Assembly: GCF_006345805.1 (NCBI RefSeq)
Contig: NW_021832861.1
Span: 59,623-123,622, forward strand
Reading direction: 5' to 3'
From: Octopus sinensis
Lineage: Eukaryota
Length of the DNA stretch: 64,000 nucleotides
The position numbers and the translations under genes were made by a program. A model generated the notes under the pieces. It saw only the letters and a program-made list of their open reading frames with translations. It searched no databases and was not told the origin of the DNA. Below are positions 1-8,980 of the stretch, one piece after another; positions within the stretch are counted from its first letter, which is position 1, and every line of letters starts with the position of its first letter.

Positions 1-1601
1 ACGAAGTTAGTACTACCAGATTCTCAGTCGATGGGCAGTTAAGCGAACCTATTGAGATTCGTCAAGGTGTTAGACAGGGGGACGCGCTCTCGCCGCCGAT
101 CCTCTTTAACATTGCAACGGACCCACTGCTAGATGTGTTATCCTGCCGTGAGGACTTGCTTGTTGAGGGGATCCGGATGGATGGAATCGCGTACGCGGAC
201 GACATGGCCCTAGTTGCGAAATCGCGCGAGGTGCTCCAGGCTCTTATGGATAGATGCCAGGAGTTCTATTGTGCTGTTGGAATGGGGCTTAATGTCGGTA
301 AGTGTGCGTGGTTCTCCATTCGCGGCTGGGGCAAGTCCTACCTCGTCAATGATGGCACCCCGCCGATGATTAATGGGATCGCTATCAAAAAGGTAGAGCC
401 GGGAGATAAGGTATCATATCTTGGTGTTAGCATCCCTACGTGGACTTCAATCTCTAGTCGGGAGTTTGACTTAAATTCAGTGGAGCAGGTGTCACTGGAC
501 ATTGATAAAATGTGCAGGGCTCCGCTGAAACCCCGACAAAAGTTCCTCTTGCTGCAGAGCTATTACCTGCCCAGACTGTTCTATGGTCTGGTGCAGGCTT
601 TGCCGGCGAGAGGGACGTTAGAGATGCTTGACACGGCCATCCGCGTGGGGGCCAAGAGGATGCTACATCTTCCCTACTCTACCTCTTCTTCCTTCCTATA
701 TAGCAGCCGGCGAGATGGAGGATTAAGTCTTCACCAATTCGTGAAGCTAATACCAAAATCAGTTATTTGCCGTAACCTTCGCCTATTAACGTCTGATTAT
801 GTCTGTTAGAAAGGTTGCGGATTCTGCAGGATTAGCCGAACAGAACCAACAACTGATAGTTTCCTTCGACTTGCCGTTACTTCCTGCGGACGCGGCCAAA
901 TACGACCCTGACATCCGGCTGGCGCACTCCCATCGATGGGCGGCCCAGCCGGTGCAGGGAATGTGTGCGGCGGCCTACCGTGGGGATGTGATTGGCAATA
1001 TTTGGATAAGTAGGCCGGGTAGGATAACGGAGAGATGCTTCTTGAGTTTACCCAAGATGCGCTCTAACGTCTATCCTACCCGTGAAACTCTGACACGTGG
1101 ACTCCGTGGTGACTCAACGTGTCCGAGATGTAGATTAGGAGCAGAGACAATATCTCACGTCAGTGGAGTCTGCGGTGCTCTTAAAGGGCCACGACTTGCC
1201 AGGCATAACAAAATTTGTGACCTGGTGGCAAAGGAAGCTGTAGACCATGGTTGAAGTGTCAGTATAGAGCCGTCTTATATTATAAACGGCTCTAGGCTGA
1301 TACCTGACCTGGTCTTTAGTCGTCCGGAAAAGGTGGTTGTCGTTGATGTGACTATCAGATTGGAGCAGGGGGACGCCTTGAAAGAGGTTGCCCTCGAGAA
1401 AATGCGCAAATACCGTCCACTTGAACAATTGCTGTTGCAGGAGTTTAACTGGCCGGTAGAGGTGCATGGACTCCCAATCGGTGCGTGTGGTGCCTACCAG
1501 CGAGTCTTGCACTAGATGCCTTGGGCATAAAAGATGAGTCATTTCAACGACTTCTCAGCCGGACTTCTTTAATTTATACCTATAATATGTTGAGGGATTA
1601 G
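1..1601 (+). pseudogene. C-terminal half of R2-like RT + RLE endonuclease ORF (copy B0), disrupted
   Basis: RQGDALSPILFNI and AYADD RT motifs; CPRC..SHVSGVC (CCHC knuckle), RHN, PDLV..VDV and KY RLE motifs. Versus B1 it has a 2-nt loss near 800, TGA at 1252-1254 and a small deletion near 1497. Stop TAG at 1599-1601. Confidence 0.9.
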
Positions 1602-1726
1602 CCCTCACATAATAAGCCTATTTCCTCACCGACCCCAGCATAACAACCCTTCAGTGAAGTCCAAAGTTTTTTTTTTTTTTTTTTGGGACTGAGAGGTGGG
1701 TTTGTTGGGGACCCTGCAGTGTGTTT

Positions 1727-1769
<43 letters not shown>

Positions 1770-2062
1770 ACTTTACTGCGAGGGGTAGCTGGGCGGGTAA
1801 AGCCTAGCTTCGGTGAGGTTGAGTCCTACCTTGAAAACACTTTCTTAAGTAAAGAAATAAAAATGACTCTAAGCCCGGCCTATTGAAGGGAGAATTTTGA
1901 ACTTTAGTTTACATACTAACACTTTGTTATTTGTTTCTTTTTTCGTCACTATTCTCTTTTAAAAATGGGGGAAACGGGATACTGGCTACCGAGACAGTGG
2001 GACCACCCACTATAATAATAGGGAAGCCTCCGAAGAGGAGATTAGAAGAGAAGAGAAGAAGT

Positions 2063-3730
2063 GGGGGCTTGATGGTTATGACTCACGAACCTTGCAATGG
2101 TGGGTGTTCTCACAGCTCTTCCGCTTGGGGTGAACCTGATAACACTCGATTGGGTTGATTTGTCCCTTCCCCGAGAAACCCGAGTTTCGTTGGGGGCAGA
2201 AAGGCTTTAGTCGGAGGGGCACCTGCGGTGTCCTATAGGAACACCGGTGTGGATGGTGTACAGGGGGATACCCACCTGCAGTGTTGGCAGCGAGGCGAGA
2301 GGGTGGAGAGAGGGTGGATGCACCATCAAGTCTGTCTGGTATGTTATGATCTGCCGGGCTTCACCCGGCAGATGGATGCACTGCCAGGCTTCACCCACAG
2401 GGACACTACCTTGTCGTGGTTTAAGAGCTTACGTCTGTGGGTGGGACGCAAGCCGTTATTGGCCTTTGCGGGCACCAACCCATCCGCGGACTAACTAAAT
2501 GTGTCCTTTCCCCATAGCGGTTCCAATTAATTGGTGGGGACCAAGCAGTGTGGAGGATTATCGTGTGCAGAGTGGGATGATACCCTGCTGGTTGGTCGTG
2601 GCTGCGCTTGTCGGCCTCCTGCTCATCCGGGTCGGCCACTACCTGGCTTCGGTGTGGTGTGAAGGTCCCCCATTTCTATATAAAGAATTTCACGGGGCGG
2701 AGCCCATGGACGGCTAAGGTCAGAACGGCTGGGTTCGCTCTCCGGATTGGGCTGCTGACGGGGCGAGGTGGGGATGGGGTGCTTCCATCCTGCCTCTTAT
2801 CTCGCCCAAAAGTTAGCGCCTCGTGAAGGTTGCTGTCCCTGCTGTCCCTGGGTGGCTCACGACATTGTCTCCTGACGCCAGATTGTTGTGGCTCACACAT
2901 GTTATTGTGGGAGTGGACTCACTTTTGGCCTCATTACGGGAGCCAGTCAACTGACGGGTAAACCGTCAGTATTGAGCCCTTCGCGGACTGTTGCGGGGTA
3001 TTTGGCTTGGTATGCGGATTTCGGTTGGCCAGGAAGGATGTTGGCTTACGGTCTGCAGGGTTTGACTCCATACTCTGGTACTCTTGATTTTCTTCCACGT
3101 ACTCTTGGAAAATGCCGCGAAGTCCAATTCCTTAACGAAAAGTTATGAAACACACGGTTGCCAGGGGCCGTATAAGATGGTGGCTTGTGGGCAAAAGAGC
3201 GGGGCTCCAAGCCAGGCCGAGCGTGTTGCCCAACCACGTTGGGTCGATATCAACGCTTCCTGCAGTTGTATAGAGCCATTTACACTGCAGGTAATACCAA
3301 TGGCTCACATACCTAACTTGACCCTGAGGGTTTCTATCGGATCCTGCACATAAAACCCCCTCGATGAAGTCTTCATAATTTTTTTTTTTTTTTTTTTTTC
3401 GAGGACCGAGAGGCTGGTGTGTAGGATGCCCCTCAAGAAAATTTTTTTTTTTTTTGAGGAGGTGGCATGGTTTGGGGGCCGTGCCTCGATAGTTGCTTAA
3501 AATTAAAATATAAGGAAAATTAAAATAACTCGGATTGGACTTTCAGCTTCTTCTGCCTATCGAAGAAGCACCCGCTTCGCTGTTAGTTTTAGATCCCCAC
3601 TACTTAGGTAGATTTTTTTTTTTTTTGTACTTTTATTTCTTTTAAGATTAACGCAAGCTGGGAATTGGCTGGATAGTGTGGGACCACCCACGTTAAATAA
3701 AGGGAAGGAGACTATTTAGTCTCATTTAGA
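2063..3730 (+). ncRNA. ORF-less structured unit A1 (putative non-autonomous partner RNA/element)
   Basis: No meaningful ORF. Shares ordered motifs with the B1 5' UTR and the B0 3' region, and contains many covarying hairpins. Confidence 0.65.
2401..2506 (+). ncRNA. HDV-like ribozyme core candidate (A1)
   Basis: P2 GGACAC/GTGTCC, P3 ACC/GGT, L3 TTGTCGT, long P4 (GTCTGTGGGTGGG/CCCATCCGCGGAC), J4/2 CTAA. P1 and P1.1 are ambiguous. Confidence 0.5.
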
Positions 3731-3905
3731 GGCCTGTTTCCTCTCTTGTGGGGTCTGTTTCTTATGACCTCTTTTGAGGTGGATGCATTAACAGGTAGGC
3801 CTGGTATGTTATGACCTGTCGGGATTCAGTGGGCTTTGCTCACTGTTTTTTACTCGGCAGGTGGATGCACTGCCAGGTGGATGCACTGCCAGGCTTCGCC
3901 CTTTT

Positions 3906-4015
3906 GGACACTACCTTGGCGTGGTAAGAGAGCTTACGTCCATGCGGGGTCGATGCCGGATATGCTTTACGCAATGCCGGATAAAAACCCCGTATTGGAC
4001 AAACTAAACGTGTTC
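3906..4015 (+). ncRNA. HDV-like ribozyme core candidate (B1)
   Basis: P2 GGACAC/GTGTTC, P3 ACC/GGT, L3 TTGGCGT, different-sequence P4 (GTCCATGCGGGGT/ACCCCGTATTGGAC), J4/2 CTAA. Confidence 0.5.
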
Positions 4016-5213
4016 TTTCTCCAAAACGGTTCCAATTTAATTTGGTGGGGAGCTAGTGGATTTTGGGCGATTCTGATAGGGGGGTGCATGTCTCCCTACT
4101 AGTTAGGCTGAGCGGCCGCTGGCCGAACCCTTAGAGTCTTTTTGGTCTTTAGTGACCCGGTTAGCGCTACTGTTTGTGTGAGTCGGTTAGTGGGCGGTTC
4201 TCCCTTCGGGGACAAGAAAGTAAAGGTCGTGGCTTTATTTTAGAGCCAATGAATTGTAGACTTAGGCGTATAGAGGCCGGAGATTCTGGTTGGTTCATCG
4301 GTGTGGATCGCCTGTTTTTCCTGTGCTGGCGTGGAGGGGCCTGTGAGTTAGGTACCCAGCTGCGGTGTTAAGGAATAGAGCCCTTCACGGGCTGTAGATG
4401 GGGGACTGTCCGGCTATTACAGTCGGGCAGTTGTCTTGTAACAGTGTAGAGTGAAGGCCCTTTCTCTTGCCTCCATTATGGGGGCGATTACCATAGGGAT
4501 GGGCGCCCTATTGATATTAATGGTCTAGCCGGTTGTTGTGACGGGTGGAATGTAGCCGTATCTTCTATATTTGCCTCGAGTGTATTTTATCGCCTCACTC
4601 GCCGGTTGAGGTTTCCGTAATAGGATCTATCGTAGGACTTATCATAGGGTGGCTCGTTCTTGTTCACCGCTCTAGGTCTGGGGTGGATACACTCACGGGT
4701 CCCGTTTAGCCTAGACAAGTCCCCCAGGTATTTTCTGGGGGAAATAGTTCTCGGGAGGGTGAGCTGCTTGCTGTCTGTCTCCGGACTCAGGTGGGCGGCC
4801 GTTTGGACTTGGAGGTTAGGTTAGTGGTTAAGTTTGCCTTTCTTTTGGGGGTTGGCATTGCACCTCCTTTAAGTTCAACTTTATCGTTTCCGCTAGGATC
4901 CCTAGTAAAATGCCGCTAAGAATAGTGATGTTAACTAATAAGTTTAGGAACACACGGCAGCCAGGCGCCGCTAAACTGGTGGCCTGTGAGTCCGATATGG
5001 GGCCCACACGTCAGGCTGACGGCATTAACCAAATGCGGTCAGCCGAAGGACTACCCTCCCTTGCACGGGACAACGAGTCATCTCCGGTGCAAGTAAGTCC
5101 AAGTGGCTCAATAGGCATCGACAAGACCAGTGTCGGGCGCTTAACTGACACTGAAGTATTACAGAAATAGAGTAAACATATTTCGACTAGAATACAAAGA
5201 ACATTCCCTGATA

Positions 5214-8200
5214 GTGAGAGGAGAACAACTCCCACTGGACCTAGCACATGACCCCATCAATGAAGTCCGGTCTTCTTTAGAGACGGACAGAGAGGGGGAT
5301 GCTAGGGACCTCCCCATTCATTCTCTTAATTTAGAAATGGATCGAGAGGAGGTAGTGGGGTTATCAATCCCCACTCCAGTTGGGAGTGAATTCTCACTTA
5401 CATTTCCCTGCGCGTCATGTTCCATAGCCTGTCCGCTATGTCCTCTGCGCTTCTCCTACCCCCATGATTGGGGGGAGCATGTTATTTGTAGACATGGTAC
5501 TAGGCCTGTCTACAGATGCATTAAATGTGATAGGGAAAGCGGTCACCTCCACTCAATGAGGTGTCACGCTGGTAAATGTGATGGCAGTGCATTTAGAGCA
5601 CTTGCCCCTAGTCCGGTTCCAGCCTCTTTTAAGTGTGACCACTGTAGCCGTTCATTTTTGACGGCTATAGGTCGATCACAGCACGTTCGGCATAAGCATC
5701 CTGTTGAGGCGAATGCCCGCAGGATTGCTGCTCGCCTTGAGGAAATAACAAAGAAACGTGCCGATCGGGCAGCCACTGCTGAGGCATTTGGCCAAAGACG
5801 CAGGGGCTGTTGGTCCGACGAGGAAGTAGCCGTCCTCGTCGAAAAGGAGCCTGAGCTGAGGATGACAGGGGTAAAGCGAATCAATGCTGCCATTGCACGA
5901 TTCCTACCTGGTAAAACAGCCAAACAGGTGGGATCGAAAAGGGCTGATCTGGCCAAAAGGGCTCGTAAGAGTCATCAAGGGTCAGAACAGTCCATGACCA
6001 ACTCCCAATCACAAATCGGGGGAGAACCCCAGTCTAGTTTTGACTGGAGGGATCCCTTCCTCGATTTTGCATGCCCCGGGCATACCCGCTGGTCTGCAGT
6101 CTTCTCCGAGGCCCTTTTGGACCTCGTGGAAGACGGGACAGCGATTGCTTGGGGCTCATTTGAGAATGCTATAGAGGACTGGGTGGAGCACTATAAATCG
6201 CGTAGGGAAGTTACCAACAACAAGAGGAATATAGATAGTGATAGAGTTACATCCAACTTGAACAACTTTAGGTCTAGGCGTCGGGATAAGCGTCAAGCTT
6301 ATGCCCGACATCAAAATTTATTTAGGAAAAATAGGAAGAAGCTCCTTGCAGTTGTGTTAGGTGAAAACAGGGAGCAGGAATGCCCTATTCCAATCTATTC
6401 AATAGAGGAATTTTACAAGGGCAGGCTTTCCACTCCAGGACCTGAGGTAGATCTGAAGAACTACCCCTCCTCCTCCCAGGTTGAGAACGACTCCATTTTG
6501 AGTCCGTTATCCGTGGAGGAGATTAAGATAAGTAGAAGACAAATGAAGATCTCCTCAGCGGCGGGTCCAGATGGCATCACTATAGGTGAAATTAAATCAA
6601 TGGACCCAGCTGTTCTAACTAAAATATGCAACTGCATGTTGCTGGCGGGTAAAGTACCCGAGATCCTGAAGCGGGGGAAGTCGATTCTATTACCCAAGAA
6701 ATCAGACGACTCATACGATCTTGCTAATTGTCGGCCAATCACGATATGTTCTGCGGTATATCGTTTATTTTCTAAGATGGTCGCCAAACGCATGCTTCAG
6801 GTAACTCCCCTAAATCCAAGCCAACGTGGCTTTATTTGCGCGGACGGATGTAGTGAGAACTCTTTTCTCCTACGACAACTCGTCACTCGCGCGATAGGGC
6901 GGCCAGCACGGCTGAGAATACCGCGGCTGGAGGTTGCCTTCTTAGATCTCTCCAAGGCCTTCGACACAGTTTCGCACTCGTTGGTGTATGCGGGACTGCG
7001 GAGGCTTGGGTTCCACGAACACATAATAGCGCTCGTGGAGGGGATCTACGAAGGTAGCACTACCAGATTCTCAGTCGATGGGCAACTAAGTGAACCTATT
7101 GAGATTCGTCGAGGTGTTAGGCAGGGGGACGCGCTCTCGCCGATCCTCTTTAACATTGCAACTGACCCACTGCTAGATGTGTTATCCGGCTGTGGGGATT
7201 TGCAGGTTGAGGGGATCCGGATGGATGGAATCGCGTACGCCGACGACATGGCCCTAGTTGCGAAATCGCGTGAGGGGCTCCAGGCTCTTATGGATAGATG
7301 CCTGGAGTTCTATAGCGCGGTTGGACTGGGGCTTAATGTCGGTAAGTGTGCGTGATTCTCCATTCGCGGCTCAGGCAAGTCCTACCTCGTCAATGATAGC
7401 ACCCCGCCGATGATTAATGGGATCACTATCAAAAAGGTAGAACCAGGGGATAAGGTATTATATATTGGTGTTAGCATCCCTACGTGGACTTTAATCTCTA
7501 GTCGGGAGTTTGATTTAAATTCAGTGGAGCAGGTGTCACTGGACATTGATAAAATGTGCAGGGCTCCGCTGAAACCCCGACAAAAATTCCTCTTGCTTCA
7601 AAGTTATTACCTGCCCAGACTTTTTTACAGTCTGGTGCAGTCTTTGCCGTCAAGGGGGATATTAGAGAGGCTTGACACGGCCATCCGCGTGGGGGCCAAG
7701 AGGATGCTGCATCTCCCCTACTCTACCTCATCTTCCTTCCTATATAGCAGCCGGCGAGATGGAGGATTAAGACTTCACCAATTGGTGAAGCTAATACCGA
7801 AATCAGTTATTCGCCGTAACCTTCGCCTATTAACGTCTGATTATGTCTCTGTAAGAAAGGTTGCGGATTCTGCAGGATTAGCCGAACAGAACCAGCAACT
7901 AATAGTCTCCTTCGACTTGCCTTTACTTCCTGCGGACGCGGCCAAATACGACCCTGACATCCGGCTGGTGCACTCCCATCGATGGGCGGCCCAGCCGGTA
8001 CAGGGGGTGTGAGCGGCGGCTTACCGTGGGGATGTTATTGGCAATAGTTGGATCAGTAGGCCGGGTAGGATAACGGAAAGGTGCTTCTTGAGCTTACTCA
8101 AGATGCGCTCCAACGTTTACCCTACCCGTGAAACTCCTTGGACTCCGTGGTGACTCCACGCGTCCGAGATGTAGATTAGGAGCAAAGACCATTTCTCACG

Positions 8201-8618
8201 TCAGTGGAGTCTGCGGTGCACTTAAAGGGCCACGACTCGCCAGGAAGCTGTAGACCATGGTTGGAGCGTCAGTGTAGAGCCGTCTTATATTATAAACGGC
8301 TCTAGGCTGATACCAGACCTGGTCTTTAGTCGTCCGGAAAAGGTGCTTGTCGTTGATGTGACTATCAGATTTGAGCAAGGGGACGCCTTGAAAGAGGCTG
8401 CCCTCGAGAAAATGCGCAAGTACCGTCCACTTGAACAATTGCTGTTGCAGGAGTTTGACTGGCCGGTGGAGGTGCATGGACTTCCAATCGGTGCCTGTGG
8501 TGCCTGGTGCAGGCCAGCGAGTCTTGCACTAGATGCCTTGGGCATAAAAGATGAGTCGTTTCAACGACTTCTCAGCCGGACTTCTTTAATCTGCACTTAC
8601 AATATGTTGAGGGATTAG
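5214..8618 (+). pseudogene. R2-like polyprotein: 3 N-terminal zinc fingers (CCHH, CCHC, CCHH), Myb-like domain, RT, CCHC + RLE nuclease; disrupted
   Basis: CPLC..H...H, CIKC..H..C, CDHC..H....H; GCWSDEEVAVL..LPGKTAKQV (Myb-like); SAAGPDG, CRPITI, FLDLSKAFDTVSH, RQGDALSP, YADD; PDLV..VDV..EKMRKY. Frame is open from 5145, first ATG at 5338. TGA at 7353 and 8010, plus deletions near 8140 and 8240 (31 nt, removes RHN). Confidence 0.9.
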
Positions 8619-8980
8619 CCCTCACATATAAGCCTATTTCCTCACCGACCCCAACATAACACCCCCTCAGTGAAGTCCAAAGTTCTTTTTTTTCTTTCTT
8701 TTTTAAGTCTACTTTATTTTACTTTTACTGCGAGGGGTAGCTAGGCGGGTAAATCCTAGCTTCGGTGGGGTTGAGTCCAACTTAGAAAATACTTTATAAA
8801 AATAACACCGGACATGACTAAGCTCTGCCTTGCGAGGAGAATATTGAATTTGGTTTTGTTTTTTACTAATACTTTTTTCGTCACTATTCTTCTTTTAAAA
8901 AGGGGGAAAAGGGTACCGGCTGTAAGATAGTGGGACCACCCACTATAAAACAGGGAAGCCTCGAGTAGAGAATTTAGATA

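Larger units (their letters stand above)
3731..8980 (+). mobile_element. Full-length R2-clade-like non-LTR retrotransposon (copy B1), ~1.45 kb 5' UTR and ~0.36 kb 3' region
   Basis: Contains the ZnF-Myb-RT-RLE ORF and is bounded by array junctions. Boundaries were estimated from where the sequence switches from upstream-unit type to downstream-unit type. Confidence 0.8.

Noticed and set aside
2344-2380. SECIS interpretation of the AUGA/GA motif with TGA read-through of the RT stops
   Set aside because: No apical AA loop, a 2-nt bulge breaks the SECIS core, the motifs sit 5' of the ORF, and the TGA stops differ between copies and derive from TGG/TGT.
2415-2435. CGTGGTTTAAGAGCTTACG resembling the pistol ribozyme 5' part; GGTGCAAGTAAGTCC (5086) resembling twister-sister; GATGAAGTC..GACCGAGA resembling hammerhead
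   Set aside because: Required partner strands and core nucleotides (pistol pseudoknot, CUGANGA/GAAA and others) are missing.
2207-3353. Small ORFs in A units (also 9014-9685, 10565-11906)
   Set aside because: Their start, stop and frame differ between homologous copies; the conservation pattern follows base pairing, not codons.
1602-5140. Possible rDNA, 5S, U2, SL-RNA or tRNA target sequence around the R2-like elements
   Set aside because: No conserved rRNA, snRNA or tRNA core was recognised on either strand by eye; cmscan would be decisive.
5564-7249. Antisense ORFs within the RT gene
   Set aside because: Shadow ORFs of the sense coding frame.
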